A stretch of 64,000 nt of DNA from Chitinophagaceae bacterium (GCA_013696395.1 JACCYQ010000044.1:620-64619), one strand, 5' to 3'. Shown: positions 19,466-27,309, numbered from the stretch's first letter. A program made the numbers and translations. Notes: a model not told the origin generated them from the sequence alone.

Positions 19466-20194
19466 TTAATTTATGTCTAAAAAAGGTAAAGTTTCTTTTT
19501 TGTTTCTTTGTTTTATTGGTTCACTGCGTACATATATTAATATACCAAGGGTGAACAAGATATTCTTTAATGCATAAAATATATAGGTTAAGGATAAATA
19601 TTTATTGAAGAGGTTTCTGTCTACCTGGTCTGAAAAGATGTAAATGAAAAAGGATCCTGCCAGGTAAATGATCATACCCAATACGATCCAGAAACGGTAG
19701 TCGTTGTAAATGAGGTCAGTAGTCGGTTCATTCATTCTTTCATACAAAAAATAAAAGGAAAATGTTAGAATGATAATGGTTTCAATACCAATAGGAATGG
19801 TGTCTATAGTTTTGATTTCTACCGTCAATGCATAAAAAAATGAAAATATTATATATAGTATTGATATAATAATTATTATCTTCTTGACTTTTGGATTTTT
19901 GATGTTTAGCCAAAGTAATAAAATGAAAAGAATATATTCAGATATAGTGGTTAAACTAACGAGAAAGTGAGTGATCGATGATGGTAGAAATAAATCTGCC
20001 TGTATAATTATTATAGAGAGGAGAATATATATAACAAGAATCCATAAACTTATGTTATCCTTATTTTTGGAAAAATAAAAAATAAAAAGAAGTAGAGGAA
20101 GAGCGTCAGAAAGGGCGGCAATATAAAATAAAAGGTTTTCTATAGTTGGATAATTTCTCCAAATATAGAAAAACCTTTTATCTGTTAATAACTT
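19466..20194 (-). CDS. 7-TM membrane protein with unresolved start (possible pseudogene)
   Basis: The frame is open for 243 codons from the TAA at 20195-20197 and has seven hydrophobic segments. The only canonical start in that frame is TTG 19828, the ORF-track start, which would remove four helices. Confidence 0.5.
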   Translation of the reverse strand, partial: KLLTDKRFFYIWRNYPTIENLLFYIAALSDALPLLLFIFYFSKNKDNISLWILVIYILLSIIIIQADLFLPSSITHFLVSLTTISEYILFILLLWLNIKNPKVKKIIIIISILYIIFSFFYALTVEIKTIDTIPIGIETIIILTFSFYFLYERMNEPTTDLIYNDYRFWIVLGMIIYLAGSFFIYIFSDQVDRNLFNKYLSLTYIFYALKNILFTLGILIYVRSEPIKQRNKKETLPFLDIN

Positions 20195-20703
20195 TTAAAG
20201 GAATTAATCGTTCCAGGTAAAAATTGGAATTACTTCCCTTACTACCACCATACGTGAATTCTTTTTCATAATCAAGTTTTTTTTGATTGTCCAGAAATAT
20301 TTCTAACTCAAAATTTGCCTTTAAATGGTTATTAATCAATGGGCTAACACATTGGTGAAAACCCTTAATAATGCCTCAAACCCTTTACTGTAGCGATTAT
20401 GAGAGATTTTCGAAGTAAACTTACCCTAATAAAATGGGTAATTACACGCAGCGAATTTAGTAAAAATACAATGGATATTTACTTTAAACTTGAGTTATTT
20501 TTAATTTTTTTGAAGAGTTTATGCACAGTTGTGGACAACCATGCTGCAATTTTAAAAGGGGGAGTTCCTATTTTTAAAGCGCAGCTATATAAAGATTCTC
20601 ATTTTACAATCGATATGCAATAGAACATTGTTGAAGCTGAGATTGTTTCCAATAATTTCAATATTATAAAATTGCCTGGGGAATTTTTACGATGAATGGC
20701 CTA

Positions 20704-20715
20704 GTAAATTTACTA
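20704..20715. promoter_or_regulatory. candidate operator GTAAATTTACTA (10-bp perfect palindrome GTAAATTTAC)
   Basis: It lies 137 nt upstream of the RR2 ATG and about 95 nt upstream of the candidate -7 box. The identical 12-mer recurs upstream of RR3. Confidence 0.3.
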
Positions 20716-20799
20716 TACTATCATTTTTATTTTATTTCTTTATTTGGTGAAAATGAATAACTTACTTTTAAAAATATTAACATAGCACTACAAAATGCG

Positions 20800-20807
20800 T
20801 ACTTTTG
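20800..20807 (+). promoter_or_regulatory. candidate -7 box (TActTTTG) for RR2
   Basis: This is an exact TAnnTTTG match 33 nt upstream of ATG 20841. Confidence 0.4.
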
Positions 20808-20840
20808 CTCGATTTTAGACCTGCATAAACCAAATTAACC

Positions 20841-21500
20841 ATGACTTCCCAGCAAATAATTAAAGTAGCTATAGCAGATGACCATAAAATTTTTCGTGAT
20901 GGTATTAGGATGGCTTTAAAAGATAGAAATTACCTTCAAATTTTATGGGAAGCGGAGGATGGTAAAGATGTAATGCATAAACTTCAGATAAAACAGCCCG
21001 ATGTATTATTAATGGATATACGAATGCCGGAAATGGATGGTATAAATGCGATTGGTTTAATCAGAAAGGAATATGAAAGTGTTAAAATAATCGTATTAAC
21101 TATGTATGATGATCAGGAAATGATTACAAAAATGATGGAAATGGGCGCTAATGCATATTTGACCAAAACAACTGATCCGGATGAGATATACAAAGCTATT
21201 CTTACTTGTGTAAATGATGATTTTTATTTTAACGACCTGGTGAATAAAGCGGTGTTATTAAAATTACAGAGTAAAAAATCAGTTCGCCAGTTTTATCCTA
21301 ACCCGATCAAATTTTCGGAAAAAGAGGTAAAAATTTTAAAACTTATATCTGAGGATAAAACCACAGAAGAAATTTCAAAAGAAGTATTCTTAAGTCCACG
21401 TACAATTGAAACGATCAGGCAAAATATGAAACAAAAAGTAGGTGCAAAAACCATTGCAGGTCTGGTCATGTATGCTTCCCGGAACAAATTGATTAATTAA
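20841..21500 (+). CDS. NarL/LuxR-family response regulator (RR2, orphan)
   Basis: It is a paralog of RR1 and RR3, sharing [22 protein letters not shown] and LSPRTIETIRQ. There is no adjacent kinase. Confidence 0.9.
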   Translation: MTSQQIIKVAIADDHKIFRDGIRMALKDRNYLQILWEAEDGKDVMHKLQIKQPDVLLMDIRMPEMDGINAIGLIRKEYESVKIIVLTMYDDQEMITKMMEMGANAYLTKTTDPDEIYKAILTCVNDDFYFNDLVNKAVLLKLQSKKSVRQFYPNPIKFSEKEVKILKLISEDKTTEEISKEVFLSPRTIETIRQNMKQKVGAKTIAGLVMYASRNKLIN

Positions 21501-21537
21501 TCTTACTAACTGTATAATCGCTTCTAAATTTTTAATC

Positions 21538-22296
21538 ATGAATGCAACTGATGTCCATGATGTAAACGATATATATTTTGATGGAATCTATAAGGACATC
21601 TGGAAACAAATAATACCTCAAAAATTGACAGATAATGAAGTTGCGTTTATGATAGATTGCGCAAATCTTCAGCCAGATTCAAAAATACTTGATATAATGT
21701 GTGGATTCGGACGGCATGCAATTGGACTTTCCCGGGCAGGTTTCCAGGTAACCGCCGTTGATAATCTCTCTGCTTATATTAATGAACTATCCAATACTTC
21801 CAGGAAGGAGGATTTACCTGTCACATGTATTCAGCAAAATGCGCTTGATTTTAAATCGACTCAAAAATTTGATCTTGCCATATGTATGGGCAACAGTATT
21901 AATTTTTTCGATAAATATGGCACATCCAAAATACTTTCAAACATTCACCATCATTTAAAACAAAACGGAAAGCTTTTGATTAATTCGTGGTCAATTGCTG
22001 AAATCGCTATCAAAGATTTTATTTCAGAACATTCCGGCAAAGCTGGCGACATAATAGTGGAAACTAAAAGTGAATATCTATTTCAACCAACACGAATTGA
22101 GACAATCAATACTTTTATCAAACCTGATGGTACAAAAGAAATAAAGAAGGCAATAGATTACATTTTTAGTTTAGCTGAAATGGAAACGATGTTAAATGAA
22201 TCGGGATACAGGCTAATTTCAGCCGAAAGTATTCCGGGAAGAAAAAAGTTTACACTGGGAGAGCCACGAATTTATATTGTTGCGGAGAAAGTTTAG
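21538..22296 (+). CDS. class I SAM-dependent methyltransferase
   Basis: Motif I is ILDIMCGFGRHA, post-I is VTAVDN, and motif II is FDLAICMGNS. It starts 37 nt downstream of RR2 on the same strand. Confidence 0.8.
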   Translation: MNATDVHDVNDIYFDGIYKDIWKQIIPQKLTDNEVAFMIDCANLQPDSKILDIMCGFGRHAIGLSRAGFQVTAVDNLSAYINELSNTSRKEDLPVTCIQQNALDFKSTQKFDLAICMGNSINFFDKYGTSKILSNIHHHLKQNGKLLINSWSIAEIAIKDFISEHSGKAGDIIVETKSEYLFQPTRIETINTFIKPDGTKEIKKAIDYIFSLAEMETMLNESGYRLISAESIPGRKKFTLGEPRIYIVAEKV

Positions 22297-22512
22297 AGCT
22301 CTTAAACATTCATAAAGGATCTGGAATTTAAAAACGGGCGTATGCTTAAAAAAACTGTAACCAGAAATTAAAAATTATTTTTAAGGACCTTAAAGGTATT
22401 TTGTCTTTTAAAGCAAAACAATAGAAGTTACTCTCTTTTTCCACCTTATGGTTTTTACTTAGTTACCAGGTAAATCAACAATTATTTTTAAGGGAAATCT
22501 GTTTAGTGTATC

Positions 22513-22524
22513 GTAAATTTACTA
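22513..22524. promoter_or_regulatory. candidate operator GTAAATTTACTA (second copy)
   Basis: The 12-mer is identical to 20704-20715 and lies 186 nt upstream of the RR3 ATG. A TTACC-A-GGTAA inverted repeat is nearby at 22463-22473. Confidence 0.3.
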
Positions 22525-22698
22525 AACAAACGTAATTTGGCGGTAGATTCCGAAGAAAGCAAATTAAGTATTAGTACTATAGGGATTCATCTATAATTTT
22601 ACCAATTTGCGGTCTGAAATTTTCTGAATTACCGGGTATAAACACTAAAATGCAGAAAGAAACGTTCCATTGAAGTACTTTAATCAAAACATCCTCTT

Positions 22699-23367
22699 AT
22701 GAAAAACCCCGATAGCGTAATCAAAGTTGCCATTGCTGATGATCATGCTCTTTTCCGCGCTGGAGTAAAAACTTTCCTTTCATCCAGGAAAGATATTCAA
22801 ATGGTAGCTGAAGCAGAAAATGGTATGCAACTACTGAACCTGCTGAAACACATTCAACCAGACGTAGTATTACTCGACATTCAGATGCCTATCATGGATG
22901 GTTTAACCACATTACCAGAAATTAAAAAACTTTATCCCGATATTAAAGTCATTATGCTTTCCATGCACAATGATCACTCTATGATTTCCAGGATGATGGA
23001 GATTGGCGCCAACTCATATCTGACCAAAGAATCTGATTCAGAGACGATATATGACGCTATTCGTACTTGTCATGAACAGGAGTTTTTCTTCAATGAGCTT
23101 ACTAATAAAGCATTATTAAATGGTTTAAGGACCAAACGTAACGTAGAAGCATCTATGCCACAGGATGTGCATCTGAACGATAAGGAGATTACGATATTGA
23201 AATTAATGTGCGAAGAAAAAAGTACTAAAGAAATCGCTGACATAGTTGATCTGAGCCCTCGCACAGTTGAAGCCATCCGGGATAAACTTAAAACCAAAAC
23301 AGGTGTAAAATCAATGGCGGGACTTGTAATGTATGCTGTAAAGGCAGGCATAGTGGAACAACCATAA
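22699..23367 (+). CDS. NarL/LuxR-family response regulator (RR3, orphan)
   Basis: It has [26 protein letters not shown] and the [22 protein letters not shown]. There is no adjacent kinase, and it follows a 402-bp non-coding leader. Confidence 0.9.
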   Translation: MKNPDSVIKVAIADDHALFRAGVKTFLSSRKDIQMVAEAENGMQLLNLLKHIQPDVVLLDIQMPIMDGLTTLPEIKKLYPDIKVIMLSMHNDHSMISRMMEIGANSYLTKESDSETIYDAIRTCHEQEFFFNELTNKALLNGLRTKRNVEASMPQDVHLNDKEITILKLMCEEKSTKEIADIVDLSPRTVEAIRDKLKTKTGVKSMAGLVMYAVKAGIVEQP

Positions 23368-23428
23368 TCACTTAAATAGAAATATTTGTAAAATGCCATG
23401 ATGTATATTGTGGCATTTTTATTTAATT

Positions 23429-24277
23429 ATGGGATTGATAAATGTAAATGGTTCTTATTTTGCAGAAGATCAACCGGTATTTTTATCGGCAAATAGATCA
23501 TACCGATATGGAGATGGTCTTTTCGAAACAATGAAGGTTATTAATCGCTCTATTGCATTTAAAGAACTGCATTTCAATCGTTTTTTTAATGGATTAAATA
23601 CATTGGAATATATTCTTCCAACTTCAGTAAACAAGCATTGGCTTAAAAATGAAATTATCAAATTATGTGATAAGAATGAATTAGTTGATGCTCGAATAAG
23701 ATTATCGGCATGGAGTGGAGAAGGTACAATAGATAAAATGGAACGTCCATTTAATTATTTAATAGAATGCACGCCAATACAAAATAACATTAGCAACTGG
23801 AGCCAAACGGGTTTGCAAATGGGCGTTTTTTCCAAAGGCCTTAAAGCAATTGATTCATTTGCAAATTTAAAATCAGCCTCTTTCCTGGTTTATGTCATGG
23901 CTTCAAAAAATGCAATAGATAATAATTGGGATGATTGCATTGTTTTAAATACTGATTTAAATATTGCAGATACTACCAAAGCAAATATTTTTATTATTAA
24001 GGAAGGGAAAATCCATACTCCTCCATTATCAGATGGTTGTGTAGCCGGGGTTACCCGCCAGTATCTTTTGCAAAATTTAAGTGCTGATTTTTTAATAATT
24101 GAAAAGTCGCTTACTAAACTCGATATAGATCAAGCTGACGAAGTTTTTTTAACCAATGCTATCAGGGGACTTCAATGGGTTCAACAATGTAATGATGTGG
24201 TTTATACAAATAAATTAACCCGCGAAATAAATAATCATTTTTTATTGAAATACAACAAGGATTATGTCAGTCAATAA
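23429..24277 (+). CDS. class IV aminotransferase-fold protein (aminodeoxychorismate lyase-like)
   Basis: YRYGDGLFETMKV is the typical fold-type IV N-terminal motif. I moved the start to ATG 23429 (MGLINVNG...). Confidence 0.7.
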   Translation: MGLINVNGSYFAEDQPVFLSANRSYRYGDGLFETMKVINRSIAFKELHFNRFFNGLNTLEYILPTSVNKHWLKNEIIKLCDKNELVDARIRLSAWSGEGTIDKMERPFNYLIECTPIQNNISNWSQTGLQMGVFSKGLKAIDSFANLKSASFLVYVMASKNAIDNNWDDCIVLNTDLNIADTTKANIFIIKEGKIHTPPLSDGCVAGVTRQYLLQNLSADFLIIEKSLTKLDIDQADEVFLTNAIRGLQWVQQCNDVVYTNKLTREINNHFLLKYNKDYVSQ

Positions 24278-25100
24278 GAAATAAACGATTAGCGTTTTTT
24301 TCTGTTTTTTCTTTTTGTAGAAATACATCATAAAATAATTTTATGGCTTTCTGCCCATCTTCTCCCAGGTCTATAGAATAATTGTTTACGTAAAGATCAA
24401 TATGCTGCCTCATTACATCTTCACTCATTTCCTGTGCATGTTGTTTTACATAATCGCTGATAACAGGGTAATTTGAAAATGATAATTTAACACTTTTCCT
24501 GATCCATTCATCAATTTTCCATTTTATTTTTTGATCCAGGTTTCTTTTTATAGCAATCCCTCCCAGTGGAATGGGGGCATTCATTTTTTCTTCCCAGATA
24601 CTTCCCAGGTCAGCAATTTTGATCAATCCTTTTTGCTGGTATGTAAAACGATTTTCATGAATGATAACACCCAGGTCAGTCTGCCCGGTTAAAACCGCAT
24701 CTTCAATCTCAGAAAACAAAAAAGGTTTCTTATTTTTTAATTGCGGATAAGCACATTCCAGTAAAAAGTTAGCAGTGGTATAAATACCGGGAACGGCTAC
24801 TGTTGCGGAAGTTTCTGTATCAATTTTTATATATTCCTTTGCAATCAGCAAAGGGCCAACTCCTTTGCCCAATGCTGCACCGGCATTTAAAAGTTCATAA
24901 GTTTCCAGCGCATTAAAAAAAGCCGGGTAACTTAATTTGGTAATATCCAGTTTGCCTTCTAAAGCCCATTGGTTTAAGGTTTCAACATCTGCTAAAATAA
25001 CTTCCGTTTCAATACCGCCTGTATCTAGTTTATTATTTACAAATGCATCAAAAATAAAAGTATCATTGGGGCAGGGGGAAATGCCTATGGTTAATTTCAT
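24267..25100 (-). CDS. mqnD: 1,4-dihydroxy-6-naphthoate synthase (MqnA/MqnD family, MqnD-like)
   Basis: The N-terminal GISPCPNDTFIFDA motif is characteristic of MqnD. An ATGA overlap couples it to the upstream mqnB. Confidence 0.75.
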   Translation of the reverse strand: MKLTIGISPCPNDTFIFDAFVNNKLDTGGIETEVILADVETLNQWALEGKLDITKLSYPAFFNALETYELLNAGAALGKGVGPLLIAKEYIKIDTETSATVAVPGIYTTANFLLECAYPQLKNKKPFLFSEIEDAVLTGQTDLGVIIHENRFTYQQKGLIKIADLGSIWEEKMNAPIPLGGIAIKRNLDQKIKWKIDEWIRKSVKLSFSNYPVISDYVKQHAQEMSEDVMRQHIDLYVNNYSIDLGEDGQKAIKLFYDVFLQKEKTEKNANRLFLID

Positions 25101-25750
25101 AACATATCATCGTTTTGCAAATTACTAACCAAATCATGCAATTTTTTATTCAGGTGAAGAATGGCTTTCTCGGTTTCCCAATTCCTTTTATCTCTTTCTC
25201 CAACATAATTAGATACAGTTCTTACCTGCAGAAAAGGAATTCCCTGCATCAGGCATACATAATGAAAGGCTGCACCTTCAAGGCTTTCCAACGTTGCTTC
25301 ATATTTATTTAGCCAGGAATTATTTTTACTGGCTGCTGTGGTTATTTCATTCACCGTAATACCTGTAGCCCTGTTTTCATTTTTAAAAATGGAGGTTTGG
25401 GTCTTATTTATTAACCATGAATCCTCATACGGTTTCGAATCTTTACCGATTAATTCAAGATCAAACATATCAATCCATTCATTGTTTTCCATAACGCCCA
25501 GGTCAGCAAAGCAATCTTTTTCTATTACAAAAAAAGAGGATAATGAAACTTTTTTATTGAAGCATCCGGCAATACCAGCTTGAATCAGAAAATCAGGTTT
25601 TTCATTTTGAATGAATAACAGCAGGTTATAAGTAGTGGCCACAGTTCCAATTCCCGTTACACAGGTTTTGATATTTGCAGGAAGATCCTTATTTAAAACA
25701 GGCGCTAATTCCATTTGAGTGGCTGCCACAATACCAATTTTCTTATTCAT
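25097..25750 (-). CDS. mqnB: futalosine hydrolase (PNP/UDP_1 fold)
   Basis: The roughly 217-aa protein has the nucleosidase-like pattern IGIVAAT..E and is translationally coupled to mqnD. I moved the start to ATG 25750, because the ORF-track TTG 25759 lies in a promoter box. Confidence 0.7.
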   Translation of the reverse strand: MNKKIGIVAATQMELAPVLNKDLPANIKTCVTGIGTVATTYNLLLFIQNEKPDFLIQAGIAGCFNKKVSLSSFFVIEKDCFADLGVMENNEWIDMFDLELIGKDSKPYEDSWLINKTQTSIFKNENRATGITVNEITTAASKNNSWLNKYEATLESLEGAAFHYVCLMQGIPFLQVRTVSNYVGERDKRNWETEKAILHLNKKLHDLVSNLQNDDML

Positions 25751-25756
25751 GGTCTG

Positions 25757-25764
25757 CAAAGTTA
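25757..25764 (-). promoter_or_regulatory. candidate -7 box (TAacTTTG) for mqnB-mqnD
   Basis: The minus strand reads GGTTAACTTTGCAGACC-ATG, so the box ends 6 nt before the ATG. Confidence 0.4.
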
Positions 25765-25801
25765 ACCATACGACAATATCAAAGCTAAACTTCGATTCCG
25801 C

Positions 25802-25809
25802 TACCTTTG
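25802..25809 (+). promoter_or_regulatory. candidate -7 box (TAccTTTG) for the PTPS-PTPS-folE row
   Basis: GCTACCTTTGCAAAAATTTCATCAA-ATG places the box 15 nt before ATG 25825. It faces away from the mqnB box, with 37 nt between them. Confidence 0.4.
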
Positions 25810-25824
25810 CAAAAATTTCATCAA

Positions 25825-26235
25825 ATGGTCTATCTTACCCGTATAGAACATTTTAATGCGGCACATAAACTGTATAATCCTTCCTGGAGCCGGGAACAAA
25901 ATGAGCAGGTATTTGGCAAATGTGCCAATGAGAACTGGCATGGGCATAATTATGAATTGTTTGTAACAATAAAAGGCATACCTGATCCTGAAACGGGATT
26001 TTTATATGATGCTAAAAAATTAAGTACAATTATCCAGGAAAATGTAATTGAAAAACTTGATCATCATAACCTGAATGTTGACGTAGATTTTATGAAAAAT
26101 AAAATGTGTTCAACTGAAAATCTTGTAGTTGGCATTTGGGAGCAGTTAAAACCACATATTCCGGAAAATGTTCAGTTGCATTGCATTAAATTATATGAAA
26201 CAGCCAGGATTTATGTTGAATATTATGGCGATTAA
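25825..26235 (+). CDS. 6-pyruvoyl-tetrahydropterin synthase / QueD-family protein (copy 1)
   Basis: FNAAHKL, GKCANENWHGHNYEL (C-x5-HGH), LDHHNLN and YET are present. Length is 136 aa from ATG 25825. Confidence 0.85.
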   Translation: MVYLTRIEHFNAAHKLYNPSWSREQNEQVFGKCANENWHGHNYELFVTIKGIPDPETGFLYDAKKLSTIIQENVIEKLDHHNLNVDVDFMKNKMCSTENLVVGIWEQLKPHIPENVQLHCIKLYETARIYVEYYGD

Positions 26236-26252
26236 AAGTATTATCAATCATC

Positions 26253-26675
26253 ATGACAGATAAAAAAGTAGCGGTGTTCAGAAAAGAAAGTTTCAATGCC
26301 GCCCATCGTTTAAATAATTCTATGTGGGATACAGCCACTAACCAAAAGGTTTTTGGCAAGTGCAATTTGCCCAATTACCACGGACATAATTATGACCTGA
26401 TTGTGAAAGTGATAGGAATGCCCGATCCTAAAACGGGTTTTGTAATGGATATGAAAGTTTTGTCAGATTTAATAAAAGAGCAAGTGATTGAACGGTTTGA
26501 TCATAAAAATTTAAATCTTGACACAAAGGAGTTTAAAGGCTTAAATCCAACAGCGGAAAACATTGCAATGGTCATTTATGATCTTTTAAGAAGTAAAATT
26601 GATGAAAAATTGCAAATGCAGGTTAGACTTTATGAAACGCCACGCAACTTTGTTGAGTATCCTGCTGTTGTATAG
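26253..26675 (+). CDS. 6-pyruvoyl-tetrahydropterin synthase / QueD-family protein (copy 2)
   Basis: FNAAHRL, GKCNLPNYHGHNYDL (C-x5-HGH), FDHKNLN and YET are present. Length is 140 aa. Confidence 0.85.
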   Translation: MTDKKVAVFRKESFNAAHRLNNSMWDTATNQKVFGKCNLPNYHGHNYDLIVKVIGMPDPKTGFVMDMKVLSDLIKEQVIERFDHKNLNLDTKEFKGLNPTAENIAMVIYDLLRSKIDEKLQMQVRLYETPRNFVEYPAVV

Positions 26676-26712
26676 AATGTAAAAAATATCAAATTACCTT
26701 AATTAATAGTAA

Positions 26713-27309
26713 ATGGCTTATAAAAAAACAGAACATTACGATGAGGATGTTACCAATAAATTGAAGGACAATTATCACAGTACCATTCAATTGTTGGGAG
26801 AAGATCCGCAAAGGGAAGGCCTGGTGAATACACCAGAGCGTTTAGCCAAGGCAATGCAATATCTTACCCAGGGCTACCAGATGGATGCAAAATCGATCAT
26901 TGAATCTGCCAAATTTCATGAAAATGTCAGTGAAATGATCATTGTAAAGGATATCGAATTGTATTCCTTGTGTGAGCATCATATGGTCCCATTTTTTGGA
27001 AAAGCGCATATTGCTTATATACCCAACGGATGGATCATGGGTTTGAGTAAAGTGGCCCGGGTGGTAGATGTTTTTGCTCGTCGTTTGCAGGTCCAGGAAC
27101 GATTAACAACGCAGATCCTGGGAGCCATCAAAGACAGCCTGAATCCGCTTGGAGTGGCTGTTGTCATTGAAGCCAAGCATTTATGTATGATGATGCGGGG
27201 TGTACAGAAACAAAATTCGGTAACTACAACATCAGCATTTGATGGTGAGTTTATGAAGAATGCTACACGCAGTGAATTTCTAAAATTAATTAGTTCAAAA
27301 TTGAGTTGA
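26713..27309 (+). CDS. folE: GTP cyclohydrolase I (FolE type 1)
   Basis: [20 protein letters not shown] is the zinc and active-site signature. Length is 198 aa. Confidence 0.95.
   Translation: MAYKKTEHYDEDVTNKLKDNYHSTIQLLGEDPQREGLVNTPERLAKAMQYLTQGYQMDAKSIIESAKFHENVSEMIIVKDIELYSLCEHHMVPFFGKAHIAYIPNGWIMGLSKVARVVDVFARRLQVQERLTTQILGAIKDSLNPLGVAVVIEAKHLCMMMRGVQKQNSVTTTSAFDGEFMKNATRSEFLKLISSKLS

Noticed and set aside
20293-20304. A 12-bp perfect palindrome, AGAAATATTTCT, lies upstream of the 21-codon ORF.
   Set aside because: A 6+6 AT-rich palindrome is expected to occur a few times by chance in the roughly 5 kb of intergenic DNA here. There is no second copy and no link to a known binding site. 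I mention it only as context in the finding on the AT-rich gap.
20399-20623. A 74-aa ORF lies in the AT-rich gap upstream of RR2.
   Set aside because: It has no recognisable motif or promoter box, its composition is typical of AT-rich non-coding DNA, and it is interrupted by the hairpin region. I treat it as non-coding unless expression data say otherwise.
17915-23428. The AT-rich regulator patch might be a mobile or horizontally acquired island.
   Set aside because: There is no integrase, transposase, tRNA, direct-repeat boundary or phage gene. The AT richness is largely explained by long non-coding leaders and by a membrane protein rich in Ile, Phe, Tyr, Lys and Asn.
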